Origin: Sulfolobaceae archaeon | GTDB lineage: Archaea; Thermoproteota; Thermoprotei_A; Sulfolobales; Sulfolobaceae | Assembly: GCA_038893355.1 (NCBI GenBank) | Contig: JAWARQ010000002.1 | Span: forward strand, 96,001 to 160,000 | Length of the DNA: 64,000 bases | Reading direction: 5' to 3' | In this document: one piece after another, positions 52,407 through 63,708 of the stretch | How positions within the stretch are numbered: the stretch's first letter is position 1 | Layout: each line of letters begins with the position of its first letter | Notes under the pieces: model-generated | Seen by the model: the letters and a program-made list of their open reading frames with translations, nothing else | The model's database searches: none | What the model was told of the DNA's origin: nothing | Translations under genes and position numbers: made by a program

Positions 52407-52792
52407 TACTCCTTAACCAACACAGCATTTATTACACCATCTTGACCAGGTCGTGAGGTTACTATTGCGTTACCAATTTCTGTCTTTATTTTAGCACCTT
52501 TAACTATTATTCCCCTTCTCGCATACTCCCTATTAGCTGGAGTTTCCAAAATTCCTAATATTTTAACTTTTTTAGAAGATTTAGAAGCAGGATCATATAC
52601 ATTCGCAAAAGCTGCATATTTTAATCTTATCTTATAATTTCCACCCATAACTCTCTCACGAACTCTAACGTCCTCATTAGATAACTTAGTCTCAGTTGGT
52701 GGAGAGCCCATTTCATATTTTCTTTTGTCACGTCGTGGACTTTTCATTCCACCGGTTATTTTCCTTAAATCATTACCTTGATAAACACCCAT
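52406..52792 (-). CDS. rps8e: 30S ribosomal protein S8e
   Basis: RK.TGG, KRKYEMG, R.MGGN.K, TSRPGQDG.INAVL. Confidence 0.97.
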   Translation of the reverse strand: MGVYQGNDLRKITGGMKSPRRDKRKYEMGSPPTETKLSNEDVRVRERVMGGNYKIRLKYAAFANVYDPASKSSKKVKILGILETPANREYARRGIIVKGAKIKTEIGNAIVTSRPGQDGVINAVLVKE

Positions 52793-52921
52793 TTCGAGTA
52801 CTAACTTTAGTCATGGAATAAATAAAATTGAGGGTTATGATAGTTAAGAGCTAAAATTACGATTAATTTTTAGTTAATATCTTTTTTATTAATATTTAGT
52901 TAAATAATATATAAACTAAGT

Positions 52922-53710
52922 TTATGCTCCGAAATTTCTTTTTCGTTTTTGGTAAGACCTAATTGCCCTCCATAAGTCTATCTTTCTGAAGTCCGGCCAA
53001 TATGCCTCACAAAAGAACAGTTCTGAATAGGCTATGTGCCAAAGTAGGAAATTACTTATCCTTACTTCTCCTGAAGTTCTAATTACGAGATCTAAGTCTT
53101 GTAACTCTTCATCATAAAAATACTTTTTAATAGACTCCTCATTTATCTCTATTTGCTCATTACCCTTTTTCTTTTGGTCTTCCAATAATCTCTTTATTGC
53201 ATCAAGAATTTCCTGTCTACCACCATAACAGATTGCAAACGTAAGCCTTCTCTCATTATACTTTTCAGTTCGAGAGATCAATTGATTAATAATCTCTAAT
53301 AAATCTTTTGGAATTTGATCTAATTTTCCTATAAATTTTACTTTAATTTTATATTTATCTAAAAAATCACTATTATTTAAATCTAATAAACCTTTTCTAA
53401 CATGCTGATAGATGTATTGAAGCTCTTCTTCGCTCCTTTTATTACAATTTTCAGTAGAGAGTACAAAAACTGTAACTTGTTTAATTCCTAATTCTAGTAA
53501 CCACAATAATACCTCCTTTAATTTAAGATAACCATAATAGTAACCTTCATATAAACTTAACTTATTTTGCCTAGACCATCTTCTATTTCCATCAGGAATA
53601 ATTCCAACGTGCAATGGCATTGGGCCATTTTTTATTTGATTCCATAATATTCTTTCGTAAAGCTTATATATCGGTAATATTAACAATCCTTTAATTTTTC
53701 CAAACCACAT
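52922..53710 (-). CDS. uppS: cis-prenyltransferase (polyprenyl diphosphate synthase)
   Basis: [40 protein letters not shown]. Confidence 0.95.
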   Translation of the reverse strand: MWFGKIKGLLILPIYKLYERILWNQIKNGPMPLHVGIIPDGNRRWSRQNKLSLYEGYYYGYLKLKEVLLWLLELGIKQVTVFVLSTENCNKRSEEELQYIYQHVRKGLLDLNNSDFLDKYKIKVKFIGKLDQIPKDLLEIINQLISRTEKYNERRLTFAICYGGRQEILDAIKRLLEDQKKKGNEQIEINEESIKKYFYDEELQDLDLVIRTSGEVRISNFLLWHIAYSELFFCEAYWPDFRKIDLWRAIRSYQKRKRNFGA

Positions 53711-54729
53711 AGCTCTTCTATTAATGTTTTATATATTAGGAATCCCTTATATAATTCATCTAAAGATATAACTTCATTAGGTGTATGCTCAAGAGATGAA
53801 TCACCAGGACCTATCGTAATAATGTTTTCGGTCATTTTATATAATATATTCATATCACTAGTTCCTAACTTTCTTACTATTCTAGGTCTTTCCCCAATTT
53901 TCAAAATTGCACGCATAGTTGCCCTAACTAAGGGAGAAGATAGAGGGACCTTTACGGGCTTTATTTCCTGAAGTGTTCTAAAATTACATTCATTAAATAT
54001 TATTTTTAAATCTTCAAGAAGTTTTCCAATATTGAAGCCATAAGGATATCTTATATCAAAGCATATTTTTACTGAAGATGGAGTGACATTTATAGAATCG
54101 CCTGCTGAAATAATAGTAGGCTGAATAGTTGGGCTGTCAAAATTTTCATAATATCTCGAGATCCTTATTACTTTTTTCATAATTTCTAAGAGTAAATTCT
54201 CTCTAGCCGAAGATGAGTGATAAGAATTACCTTTACATAATAACTCTAATTGAAGTAAGCCTCTGTATTCTATAGCTATTTGATTATTCGTAGGTTCTCC
54301 AACTATAATATACTTGTAATTATACTTGCTTAATAATTCCTTTGCACCACTACTTTCTCCTTCTTCATCTGCTAGTGCAGCAACTGTTACATTGATTCCG
54401 TTTTCTTTCAGTACATAAGCTGTGAAAATCATAGAAACTAAAGGTCCTTTTGCATCTACTACACCCCTTCCAAAAATCTTACCATTATCTTCTCTAACTG
54501 GAATATAGCCAGGTACTGTGTCTATATGAGATACTAAAAGTATTTCTTTACTATTTCCAAGGATATATGAATTCGTATCTGAGATCTTCAATTCTAAATT
54601 TAAATCATTTGATACTCTAGTAAAGAAATTTTCCGCAAGCCTTTCATTTCCAGAGGGAGTATATATTGCTGCTAAATCAACTAATAGCTGCCTTAGCTTC
54701 TGTTTGACGAATTCCTTCTCGAATTGCAT
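53680..54729 (-). CDS. lysK: [LysW]-lysine/ornithine hydrolase (M20)
   Basis: HIDTV, GRG.VDAKG, DEE, GEP, GTSDMN, GPGDS.LEH. Confidence 0.93.
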   Translation of the reverse strand: MQFEKEFVKQKLRQLLVDLAAIYTPSGNERLAENFFTRVSNDLNLELKISDTNSYILGNSKEILLVSHIDTVPGYIPVREDNGKIFGRGVVDAKGPLVSMIFTAYVLKENGINVTVAALADEEGESSGAKELLSKYNYKYIIVGEPTNNQIAIEYRGLLQLELLCKGNSYHSSSARENLLLEIMKKVIRISRYYENFDSPTIQPTIISAGDSINVTPSSVKICFDIRYPYGFNIGKLLEDLKIIFNECNFRTLQEIKPVKVPLSSPLVRATMRAILKIGERPRIVRKLGTSDMNILYKMTENIITIGPGDSSLEHTPNEVISLDELYKGFLIYKTLIEELCGLEKLKDC

Positions 54730-55843
54730 TTACCGCCATCTCCATATCATCTAATGAAATCATATACGGTGGAAGTAATCTAATAACAGTATTTCCAGCT
54801 TTTAAAACAAGAACTTTCATATCTTGTGCAATCTTTATCGCTAAGCCGGGGTTAAATCTTATATCAATTCCTAACATTAATCCTAAACCCCTAATTTCCC
54901 TTACTGCTTTTAAATCTTGTAACGATTCTCTTAACTTTTTCATAAAAACCTCACCCTTATATCTCGCTTGCTCTACTACATTCTCCTCCATAAGTGTCTT
55001 AACAGATGCTATTATAGCTGCAGCTGCTAGAGGACCTCCCCCATATGTACTACCATGATCACCTTCTTCTAATTTTTCTGAAATCCAGTCTGGTAAGAAG
55101 ACACAACTTACTGGAAATCCTCCGCCAATTGCTTTAGCTGAAGTTAGAATATCTGGTGCTACATTATAGTATTGATGAGCCCATAAATATCCAGTTCTTC
55201 CAAATCCAGTTTGTATTTCATCAAATATTAATATACTTCCAACTTCTGTCGCAACTTCCCGTAATGCTTTAAGAAATTCATGCTTAGCAGGAATTATTCC
55301 TCCTTCTCCTTGAATTGGTTCTACTATTATTGCTGCTACGTCCTCAAACTTATCTCTTTTTATTTCATCAATATTATTAAAATTTAAAAATTCCACATGC
55401 TCAAGCAATGGTTCAAAAGGTTCTCTATATTTCTTATTCCAAGTTACAGATAACGCACCTATTGTCCTACCATGAAATGAATTTTTAAATGCTATAATTT
55501 TTTTCCTTCGAGTAATTTTTCTTGCAACTTTTAATGCAAATTCTACTGCTTCAGATCCGCTATTTAAGAGATACACGTTATCCATTTTTTCTGGCTTAAC
55601 TAAATCTAATACTTTCTCTAATTCATCTCTTATTGGGGTTTCAAAAGCTGTAGATACTACATAAATCTCGTCTAATTGTTTCTTCAAGTATTCTATAAAT
55701 CTTCTATTTCTATGACCTAAAAAAGCAATTCCTATTCCAGTATGAAGGTCAAGATACTTATTACCCTTATCGTCCCACACGTATTGATCTTGACCTTTAA
55801 CTATTCTTATACCTCTACTCTGATAAAATCTGACTAGCTTCAT
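54677..55843 (-). CDS. lysJ: [LysW]-aminoadipate semialdehyde transaminase
   Basis: Start ATG 55843 overlapping the lysX stop (ATGA); [29 protein letters not shown]. Confidence 0.93.
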   Translation of the reverse strand: MKLVRFYQSRGIRIVKGQDQYVWDDKGNKYLDLHTGIGIAFLGHRNRRFIEYLKKQLDEIYVVSTAFETPIRDELEKVLDLVKPEKMDNVYLLNSGSEAVEFALKVARKITRRKKIIAFKNSFHGRTIGALSVTWNKKYREPFEPLLEHVEFLNFNNIDEIKRDKFEDVAAIIVEPIQGEGGIIPAKHEFLKALREVATEVGSILIFDEIQTGFGRTGYLWAHQYYNVAPDILTSAKAIGGGFPVSCVFLPDWISEKLEEGDHGSTYGGGPLAAAAIIASVKTLMEENVVEQARYKGEVFMKKLRESLQDLKAVREIRGLGLMLGIDIRFNPGLAIKIAQDMKVLVLKAGNTVIRLLPPYMISLDDMEMAVNAIREGIRQTEAKAAIS

Positions 55844-56691
55844 CTCTTTAGCTCTACCTCTATACACTTAATTAGTTTCTCTGATATATTATAATTCGTA
55901 ACTCTTACGGTATTTTTAAATTCAGGGACAGGATTTACTTCGTTCACTAGATAACCATTTTCTCTATCTTCAAAAATATCAATACCTAAAAATAAACCTC
56001 CTATCGTATCCTTAACTTTTAATGCCAATTCTTCTAATTCTTTATCTATCTTCAATGGTTCTGCTTTAGCTCCTAGTGCGGTATTAGTTTTCCAGTTACT
56101 ATAATTTACCCTATATATACCGACTGGAGCTTCATCACCTATTGTAAATATTCTTATATCTCTATTAGGTTTATTTACATATTTTTGTATATAATAAATT
56201 GTTCTAAAATTAGAAACTGTATAATCTTGATATTCCATAAGATCTAGGAGATTATATTTGTCATAAGCTCTAGCAACCATTCTCCCCCAACTACCTTCAA
56301 TCGGCTTTATTACTACTGGGTATCCTAAATCTTCGGCAACCTTCAATGCATTCTCCTTATCAAAACTTATAGCGAAATCTGGTGTAGGAATTTTGTTTTT
56401 TCTTAAAATTAGGGAAGTAAAAAATTTATTATATGATTTAAATAAAGTTTCATAACTATTGATAACTTTTAATCCTAGATTCTCAAAGAGTACTGATGAA
56501 ATTAATGCCCTTGAATGACTTACACTTCTCTGTATAAAAACGTTAGATCCTAAAAAAACGTTAGATAACTTTGAAGAAAAACTAAAACTTTTAAGGTAAA
56601 CTAAGTTAACATTATGACCTAATCTCTTTGCTTGTGCTATTATATCCTTCTCTTCCCATCTTAACATATCATATATTACTCCTAAGTTCAC
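55840..56691 (-). CDS. lysX: Alpha-aminoadipate-LysW ligase (ATP-grasp)
   Basis: RWEEK, KP..GSWGR, RDIR, W.TN.ALG, EVN.VPEFKN. Confidence 0.95.
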   Translation of the reverse strand: MNLGVIYDMLRWEEKDIIAQAKRLGHNVNLVYLKSFSFSSKLSNVFLGSNVFIQRSVSHSRALISSVLFENLGLKVINSYETLFKSYNKFFTSLILRKNKIPTPDFAISFDKENALKVAEDLGYPVVIKPIEGSWGRMVARAYDKYNLLDLMEYQDYTVSNFRTIYYIQKYVNKPNRDIRIFTIGDEAPVGIYRVNYSNWKTNTALGAKAEPLKIDKELEELALKVKDTIGGLFLGIDIFEDRENGYLVNEVNPVPEFKNTVRVTNYNISEKLIKCIEVELKR

Positions 56692-56858
56692 TCTCCCCAG
56701 TCCTCTCCAATTTGTTCTGCTAATCTTAACGCTAGCTTACCATTATCGTTATATACCTCGAGCTGTGCACCACATTCATGCTCTATTAATTCTCCTGGCA
56801 AAGCATCATCTGGTACATTTACCTCCTCACTACATACTGGACATTTTAGCTTAGTCAT
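56688..56858 (-). CDS. lysW: Amino-group carrier protein LysW (56 aa; absent from ORF track)
   Basis: Hand translation [56 protein letters not shown]; invariant C-terminal EDWGE. Confidence 0.97.
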   Translation of the reverse strand: MTKLKCPVCSEEVNVPDDALPGELIEHECGAQLEVYNDNGKLALRLAEQIGEDWGE

Positions 56859-56913
56859 ATTGGTCGAGTATGATGTTTTAAGTTTTGAGTTGAAAAAGTT
56901 TTATGAAAAAGAT

Positions 56914-56930
56914 GGTTTGAAGTTAGTACC
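56914..56930 (-). promoter_or_regulatory. Probable LysM operator upstream of the lysW promoter
   Basis: GGTACTAACTTCAAACC (GGT-N11-ACC) just upstream of the BRE/TATA region of lysW, overlapping the lysM stop; same layout as the known Sulfolobus LysM site. Confidence 0.75.
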
Positions 56931-57348
56931 ATACTCGCAAAACTATCGTACTATTCGTACCAACTATTCCTTGAATCCCTCTTATTTCGTCTATTGTTCT
57001 ATTTATTGAAGCAATACTATCCCCTCTTATTAATGCTATTATATCATAATCACCGGTAGTCTCATAAACAACTTCAACTCCATGGATCTTTATCATCTTT
57101 TTAGAAATTTCTGGAGTTGGTATTTGAGGTGTACTTTTGATCATAACTATTGCCTTTATTTCATTCTCTAATTCATACTCTATAGTGAACCTCTTCACAA
57201 TTCCTAATCTAATTAATTTATCTATCCTCTTTCTAACAGCGGTTTCACTTATCTTTAAATCTTTAGCAATAACAGTATATGGTGTTCTAGCATTCTTTTT
57301 TAACGTCTCAAGAATTTTTAAATCAACCTCATCCACTTCAGCCGGCAT
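56923..57348 (-). CDS. lysM: Lrp/AsnC-family regulator LysM
   Basis: DEVD.KIL..LK.NAR..Y..IA..L..SE.AVRKRI HTH, TGDYD RAM domain; lys cluster. Confidence 0.95.
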   Translation of the reverse strand: MPAEVDEVDLKILETLKKNARTPYTVIAKDLKISETAVRKRIDKLIRLGIVKRFTIEYELENEIKAIVMIKSTPQIPTPEISKKMIKIHGVEVVYETTGDYDIIALIRGDSIASINRTIDEIRGIQGIVGTNSTIVLRVWY

Positions 57349-58136
57349 TACTCTATCACCGTCCCATTAAGTTGTAAAGCGTTCATTATTGGATCTTTTT
57401 TGTATCCAGAGCTTATTATAACTCTTTTAACTCCTTTCTCTACTGCTTCCGCAGCCATTAGTAATTTTCTATTCATACCAGGGCCAATTTTTGCTGATAA
57501 TTCTCTTGCTTCATTAACTGAAAGTTTTTTTACTACTTCACCATTAACTAAAACTCCATCTACATCGGTTAGTAATATTAATGTTTCAGCTTTTATAGAT
57601 GTAGCTACTGAGAAAGCAGTTTGATCTCCATCTACATTAAGGGGTACCCCCTCATCTAGATCTAAAGCTATTGGAGACATTACTATCACATTAAATTTTT
57701 CTATAAAACCCTCAATTAAATCTTTTCTAACCTCTTTTATCTTGCCAGTATAGCCACCGTCGATAATTCTCTTCCTTCCTCTTTCGTCTATTATAACTAT
57801 TTTCTTCTTCCTTTCTGCTATTAATAGTGATCCATCAACACCGCTAAGTCCGATTGCAAATTTACCTTTAGAGTTTAACTTTGATACTATATTTTTATTA
57901 ATTAAGCTCATTGTCATTACATAAACTTGTAGTTCATCATAAGTAGTATATCTACTTCTTATACCTTCTGGAGAAGTAACAAATTTAGGTTCTATTCCTA
58001 ACCTCTTACTATACTCTGTTACTTGATCCCCGCCACCATGAATCAAGATAATTTTACCATTATAATTTACTATACTATCTATCAAATTATCTAGTGAATT
58101 TTTTATAACCCTACCTCCTGCCTTTACAACTATCAT
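57348..58136 (-). CDS. lysZ: [LysW]-aminoadipate/glutamate kinase
   Basis: VVKAGG, HGGG, SRYT, GGYTGK, NVDGD, GM.RK. Confidence 0.94.
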   Translation of the reverse strand: MIVVKAGGRVIKNSLDNLIDSIVNYNGKIILIHGGGDQVTEYSKRLGIEPKFVTSPEGIRSRYTTYDELQVYVMTMSLINKNIVSKLNSKGKFAIGLSGVDGSLLIAERKKKIVIIDERGRKRIIDGGYTGKIKEVRKDLIEGFIEKFNVIVMSPIALDLDEGVPLNVDGDQTAFSVATSIKAETLILLTDVDGVLVNGEVVKKLSVNEARELSAKIGPGMNRKLLMAAEAVEKGVKRVIISSGYKKDPIMNALQLNGTVIE

Positions 58137-58137
58137 T

Positions 58138-59196
58138 TTAGACAGGCCTCAAGGGTGGGATTTTTAAACCTTCGTCTTCAGGAAATCCGTTAGCTATATT
58201 AAAAGCTTGAACAGCTTGGCCTGCAGCGCCCTTCATCAGATTATCGATAGCCACAAATACCGTTAATCTATTTACCCTCTTCTCTATAGCAAATCCAATA
58301 TCAGCAAAATTACTTCCTATAACGTATTTAGGATCCGGATATGGGTGAATTCCACCTCTTATTACTCTTATAAATCTTTTTCCTTTATAGAATTCAACTA
58401 TCTTTCTCCAAATTTCAATTTCTTCAACGGTATCATTAAGTATAAAATGTATTGAAGCTAAAGCACCTCTTATACTACTAACTGCATGCGGTATTAAGCT
58501 TACTTTAATCTCATCTTCAGAAATTAAATTTAATTCTTGTTCTGCCTCAGCAGCATGTCTATGACCATCTGCATCGTATGGTCTAATTGCATTCTCTCTT
58601 TCTGGATGATGACTACCTTCAGTTGGTTTAGCACCACCTTCACTACTTCCAACTTTAACGTCACTTATTATGATATTCAAAAACTTCTTTGTAATACCTT
58701 TTATAATAGGTGCTGCACCTAATATTGTAGCAGTTGCATTACAGCCTGGAGCTGCTATTAATTTTGCCCCCTTTAACTCCTCATTATGAAGTTCTGGTAA
58801 TCCATAAACTGCCTTTTGGAGAAGATCAGGGTAAGGATGCTCATAACCATACCAAATTTTATATAATTCATGATTTTTCAACCTAAAATCTGCACTTAAA
58901 TCTATAATCTGGAGCCCTATTTCTAGAATCTTTGGAACATAATTTAATGAGACTCCATGCGGTAGTGCAAGAAATACTGCATCCGCCTTATCTCCTAATC
59001 TGTTTATAGATAATTCTTCAAAATTTTTAGAAATTAGCCCCTTTAAATTAGGATGAACAAGTGATACTGGTTTTCCTGCATATTCTCGAGAAGTTAAATA
59101 TGTTAGTTCTACTCTAGGATGAAAGAGAAGTAGTCTAATTAGCTCTCCTCCAGTATATCCAGATGCACCAATTATACCTATTCTCATCTTATTCAA
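58138..59196 (-). CDS. lysY: [LysW]-aminoadipyl/glutamyl-phosphate reductase
   Basis: GASGYTG.EL, DLSADFR, PGCNAT, HRH, DNLMKGAAGQAVQ. Confidence 0.94.
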   Translation of the reverse strand: MNKMRIGIIGASGYTGGELIRLLLFHPRVELTYLTSREYAGKPVSLVHPNLKGLISKNFEELSINRLGDKADAVFLALPHGVSLNYVPKILEIGLQIIDLSADFRLKNHELYKIWYGYEHPYPDLLQKAVYGLPELHNEELKGAKLIAAPGCNATATILGAAPIIKGITKKFLNIIISDVKVGSSEGGAKPTEGSHHPERENAIRPYDADGHRHAAEAEQELNLISEDEIKVSLIPHAVSSIRGALASIHFILNDTVEEIEIWRKIVEFYKGKRFIRVIRGGIHPYPDPKYVIGSNFADIGFAIEKRVNRLTVFVAIDNLMKGAAGQAVQAFNIANGFPEDEGLKIPPLRPV

Positions 59197-59249
59197 TTCA
59201 ACTACAAGACACGTAGTTTATAAATAATTATGAAATAAATATAGACTGA

Positions 59250-59708
59250 ATGTCAGAAAAAAGCATCAGTATAGATGAATTGAAAAAATATATAGAAAAT
59301 AAGATAAATGAAGTAGATAAAGAGAAACAATATTATGAATATTTATTATATTTACTAGAAAACTGTGAGCATACCAATTTCAGAGGTAGCAAAGGTCAAT
59401 CTGAAATAATAAAAAATAGAAGAGGAGAAATAATAGCTGAAGTTATTTTTACACCGCCACTACTTAAAATACAAACAAGAAAAGAATTGAGCTTTGATAA
59501 AAGGTTAATTAATCCTTTATATAGGATACTAGAGGAAGAGAAGATGAGAAATAATATAGATTATAAGATACGTACTGAAACAAAAAAAGCTGAAGGAAAT
59601 AAGGAAATAGTATTATTAAAAGAAATAATTATAGAGAATGTAAAGGATTTTGCAGTGTATCGAGGATTAAAGGACGGAATACAAGCTTTCTTGGAAAGGC
59701 ATAGTTAG
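59250..59708 (+). CDS. Hypothetical protein
   Basis: 152-aa ORF with N-terminal coiled-coil-like segment. Confidence 0.7.
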   Translation: MSEKSISIDELKKYIENKINEVDKEKQYYEYLLYLLENCEHTNFRGSKGQSEIIKNRRGEIIAEVIFTPPLLKIQTRKELSFDKRLINPLYRILEEEKMRNNIDYKIRTETKKAEGNKEIVLLKEIIIENVKDFAVYRGLKDGIQAFLERHS

Positions 59709-61468
59709 TTAATTAATTCAGTCTTTATTATTAATGGTCTAGGATCACCTAAAAATCTAATTAACGCCTCACCTCTCTGCAAGAAAGAGAGTTCTCTTTC
59801 AATCTCTTCTTCATTAATATTTACAAAACGTCTTATTTCCTGCCAGAACTTTTTATCACCATTATTCATAACCACTAAAAGCCCGACGTTATCTAAGTAT
59901 ATATTAGCTAATTCGCCTAAATCCTCAATATTCTGACTTGCCATTGCTATTGAAATTCCATGACCTCTTCCCCTCTTAACTAAATCAGCTATGATGGGAT
60001 AGTCATCATCCTCAGATTTTAACACCGTCCATGCTTCATCAACTACGATCATTAGCCTTAAATTTTCATCTACGGATTTAGAATATTTATTATATAATTC
60101 AGTTATAATTGAATATATTATAAACCTTCTAAGTTCCTCATTTTTTATTAAAGTTAGGTCAATAATGTTAATATTATCATCTAATGAATCTATTATATTG
60201 GAAATACCATTTTCAGTAATTTTTATTATGTTTATTATTCTTCCAAAATATGATAATAATTCATAATCTTCTAGATATTCCTTTAGTTTATAATATACAT
60301 CATCCCATTTTACAATCTTTTTATTATTATTTTCACTAACTACTTCCCTAATCGCTCTATATAGAATAGAGGATTGAATTTTGTCGATCTTGAAAGAATT
60401 ATAGATTATTCTCTCTATTTGTAAAGCCCTAATTTCAGGAAAAATATTATTTGTATTTAATAAATCTAAACGATATAATAATGGGGATAAATTTTTAAAT
60501 GGTATATTCCTCTTTTTTAAACGTAACTTTAAATCTCCTTTTATATCAAATAAAACAACTTTTATATCAAATAAAATTGACATTTTCACTGCTAATGAAA
60601 GTAAGAACTCCGTTTTACCAGAGCCTGTAGGTCCAATAACTAAGATATGCTGATTCTGTGAGTTATTAAAATTCCATAATATATCTACATTTGATTCAAT
60701 ATTTTTACCGAGAATTACACCATCATTAATAAATTCAAACCTAGGAGATTTAGGTATAGAAAATGGTGTTAAAAATGGTAATTGTGAAGAAATTGCAATC
60801 TTTTGTCTTTTTGAACTTGGATTAAGCTGTAAGATACTCAATATCTCATCAACTGTCGCTGACCTAGCTTTTAAACCAATCCCTTCAAGAGCCTTTTTCA
60901 ATACTGAAATTGAAGAATGAACTTCTTGCTCGTTCTTTTCAGTTATTATAAAGAATATACTATATTTAAATGGTAGTTCCCCCTCATTTATCTTTCCGAG
61001 TATAGCCTCGATTATCTCTAACTCTCTTTTAGCCTTCTCATTGCTCGGATCATTAGCTAAAATTATTCTTAAATTTTGAGCTTTATTTATTATTTTAGAT
61101 ATATAATCATTTTTATTAATATAAACTTTTTTAAATATAATATCCAATTCTTTAAAAGAACTAATAGCTTTATAAAAGGCATTTATTTTAGTCTTTATAC
61201 CGCTTTCACTAAAATCTCTATAATCAAATGGGATATCATCAATAACTACAATTCCCTTTACCCAATTTTTCCCTACTATTATTCCCTCTTTTATTTTAAT
61301 ATCTTCTGTAAATCTATTATTTTCCTTAAATAAAGATAAAATTTTTTCTCTAAATATTATTATTAAAAATATTATAGATAATATAATAAAAAATAATTGT
61401 TTTGTAAAGATAAACATAGAAAGCGATAAAATACTCAATATTAGTAAAATCTTATCATTCTCAAACAT
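59705..61468 (-). CDS. cedB: Membrane-anchored HerA/VirB4-like ATPase, probable DNA-import protein CedB
   Basis: Two N-terminal TM helices, GPTGSGKT, VVDEAW, KRGR..G, ASQ; position beside the lys cluster matches cedB as recalled. Confidence 0.75.
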   Translation of the reverse strand: MFENDKILLILSILSLSMFIFTKQLFFIILSIIFLIIIFREKILSLFKENNRFTEDIKIKEGIIVGKNWVKGIVVIDDIPFDYRDFSESGIKTKINAFYKAISSFKELDIIFKKVYINKNDYISKIINKAQNLRIILANDPSNEKAKRELEIIEAILGKINEGELPFKYSIFFIITEKNEQEVHSSISVLKKALEGIGLKARSATVDEILSILQLNPSSKRQKIAISSQLPFLTPFSIPKSPRFEFINDGVILGKNIESNVDILWNFNNSQNQHILVIGPTGSGKTEFLLSLAVKMSILFDIKVVLFDIKGDLKLRLKKRNIPFKNLSPLLYRLDLLNTNNIFPEIRALQIERIIYNSFKIDKIQSSILYRAIREVVSENNNKKIVKWDDVYYKLKEYLEDYELLSYFGRIINIIKITENGISNIIDSLDDNINIIDLTLIKNEELRRFIIYSIITELYNKYSKSVDENLRLMIVVDEAWTVLKSEDDDYPIIADLVKRGRGHGISIAMASQNIEDLGELANIYLDNVGLLVVMNNGDKKFWQEIRRFVNINEEEIERELSFLQRGEALIRFLGDPRPLIIKTELIN

Positions 61469-61520
61469 TCTATAATCTTCTTTTTATTATTATACACCCT
61501 CGGAAAGTCGATAATAATTT

Positions 61521-62153
61521 TTATAATTCAATATTAGCGTGTGCTAATCTTAAATCCTCCTCGGTTTTCTTTAATCTAACCATCAATTCGGCAATTACAC
61601 CGTCTAAAAATATTTGAGTAGTATCTTCAAACAGCGTTCCTAACGGCGCTAAAGGTTCAGTAATACCTAAAATTTGCCTAGCAAAATAATCCTCATTTTT
61701 CGAGTATTTTGTCCTGCCTGGAATTTCTATAACTATATCCGCTATCTTACCTAACGGACTGTCAATATAACTGGTTATCGCTATTAATTTTGCCTTTGCT
61801 TCTTTTCCTGCCTCTGCTGCAGTTAATATTAATTTAGTTCTTCCAGAACCAGATATTGCTATTATTAAATCTCTTTCACCAATTGGCGGTACAATAGTTT
61901 CTCCTAGCACGTAAGCATTAAATCCTAAATGTAACAATCTCATTGCAAAAGCTCTTCCTACAAGCCCGCTTCTTCCAGCACCCATTATTAGAACCTTACC
62001 ATTTCTATTATTAACATACAAATCTACGAGAGCATCTATCATTTTTCTAACTTGATCTGGCTTAATTAGTTTAGTAGCCCTTATAATAAATTCTGTAATA
62101 TCAAACATTGTTTTTATACTTAATGGTAAATCGAGGGATGTAGTTGATTCCAA
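61521..62153 (-). CDS. hxlB: 6-phospho-3-hexuloisomerase
   Basis: GAGRSG...AFAMRL.HLG, ISGSG.T, PLGTLFE, HAN.E. Confidence 0.93.
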   Translation of the reverse strand: MESTTSLDLPLSIKTMFDITEFIIRATKLIKPDQVRKMIDALVDLYVNNRNGKVLIMGAGRSGLVGRAFAMRLLHLGFNAYVLGETIVPPIGERDLIIAISGSGRTKLILTAAEAGKEAKAKLIAITSYIDSPLGKIADIVIEIPGRTKYSKNEDYFARQILGITEPLAPLGTLFEDTTQIFLDGVIAELMVRLKKTEEDLRLAHANIEL

Positions 62154-62217
62154 CTTTTTTCAATAGTGAATTGTATGTAGAATTTTAAACGTTAACTAGT
62201 ATTAACTTTTGCTAATA

Positions 62218-62898
62218 TTATTTTTTAATTATTTTACTTAAAATATGTAAAGGAGACTTTGGTGATGAGATTAAAACTACTTTAATTCCAATTGTTTCTA
62301 ACTCCTCAATAACTTTCATAACCTCTTCCTTCTTAAAAAACCTTTGACCAAGAGATTCTAATAGTTGTAAATTCTTCTCTGTAGCTATTATTATATAGGG
62401 TATTATTTTATCTCTATTCTCTTTAATATTTTTTAACAGTTCTATTGAATAATTTAACGCTAAATAAAAGTCCGCCGGGAACTCTAATCTAACTCTTATC
62501 TCGCTTAAACTTTTTCTGAAACTTAGTATTAAACCAGCCCTTACACCATAAGACTTAGCTATCTTTACCGCATCTTCTGATGAAAGATGTGCAACTTCTT
62601 TCCCAATTTTTGGTTTATCGCCTTTTGTGAATAATAATTCAAGGTTTAATGAGCTTGCAGTAATTGCTAGAGAATGTACATATAGTTCATTAACATCATA
62701 AAGCCTTTGATTTATTATAATTCTTTTTTCCTTTCCTAATCTCTCTCTTAAGATTGCACCTACCGCTATCGGTAATATATTAGGATTACCTAATGGTGAA
62801 TCAGGAATATCAAAGCCGTCGTACATGGATAGCTCATCAATTTCTCTTTTAGTCTTTTCAAGATTCTTATTTGGAACTAGTTCAACTAAATACTGCAT
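62218..62898 (-). CDS. MetF (methylenetetrahydrofolate reductase)-like protein, shortened
   Basis: Likely start ATG 62898; E..P, DIPDSPLG, R..D.N, .GD motifs of the MTHFR barrel. Confidence 0.6.
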   Translation of the reverse strand: MQYLVELVPNKNLEKTKREIDELSMYDGFDIPDSPLGNPNILPIAVGAILRERLGKEKRIIINQRLYDVNELYVHSLAITASSLNLELLFTKGDKPKIGKEVAHLSSEDAVKIAKSYGVRAGLILSFRKSLSEIRVRLEFPADFYLALNYSIELLKNIKENRDKIIPYIIIATEKNLQLLESLGQRFFKKEEVMKVIEELETIGIKVVLISSPKSPLHILSKIIKK

Positions 62899-62941
62899 TA
62901 GGAAAGAGTTAATTAGAAGTATATAAAATAATTTTATCATA

Positions 62942-63430
62942 ATGAAAAGAAAGGAGAGGCAGTATGCTAAGAAATTTGATCTTTATTATCCTAACGATTC
63001 CTATGCAGGCTATGTAATATTTGATGGAATCTATTCTAAAATTTTTGATGAAAATAATAATCTTTTATTTGAAGTCTTAGGAAGATTTCCACCAAAACAA
63101 AGAAAAAATAAGGATAATTATGAGTGGATCGATAAGATAATAGAATTAGGTCTAGAGGACTGTAGAAAGAGATTTATCTTATATGTTGCGAGTAGATACC
63201 TTATTAACGTTAAAGGTCTGGATGATGAGAAAGTTATAGATATTTTGAGAGAATTTTATTATAAAAAAGGTGGAGGGAAAATATATGACTCATGGTTAAG
63301 GTCTGTGATAAAGGGTGTAAGGGAGAAGAAATTACTACCGTGGTCTCTCGATAAAATAAAAAATAAAGATAAGGAGTTATATAACATGATAATTAATAAG
63401 ATCAAAAATGATGCTATTACTCAGAAATAA
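62942..63430 (+). CDS. priX: DNA primase non-catalytic subunit PriX
   Basis: Y.WI.K....GL.D.RKRFILYVASRYL.NVKG...YDSWL.SVI.GV..K.LLPWSL. Confidence 0.92.
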   Translation: MKRKERQYAKKFDLYYPNDSYAGYVIFDGIYSKIFDENNNLLFEVLGRFPPKQRKNKDNYEWIDKIIELGLEDCRKRFILYVASRYLINVKGLDDEKVIDILREFYYKKGGGKIYDSWLRSVIKGVREKKLLPWSLDKIKNKDKELYNMIINKIKNDAITQK

Positions 63431-63647
63431 TTGCTATTACATAGCCTTCTTTAATTGTTGCAACATCAGGATCTATATTAACTGCAGTAATCCTATCATC
63501 TATTTTAGAAAGATCAAGCAATAGTACATCAAAATTACTATATAACCTTTTGGCCAGGCTATATAAGAATTTAGCTTCATTTAGATCCTTAGTTATATCG
63601 AAAATAGCCGAACCTTGAAGTATAACTGGACCAAAAAATGATCTCAT
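63417..63647 (-). CDS. Small hypothetical protein
   Basis: Likely start ATG 63647 (MRSFFGP); convergent with priX. Confidence 0.6.
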   Translation of the reverse strand: MRSFFGPVILQGSAIFDITKDLNEAKFLYSLAKRLYSNFDVLLLDLSKIDDRITAVNIDPDVATIKEGYVIAIISE

Positions 63648-63708
63648 AGTATTATTTAACAACGAACCTTTTAATAATTATTGTTATTGAGTTAGTTTCA
63701 TAGAAGCC

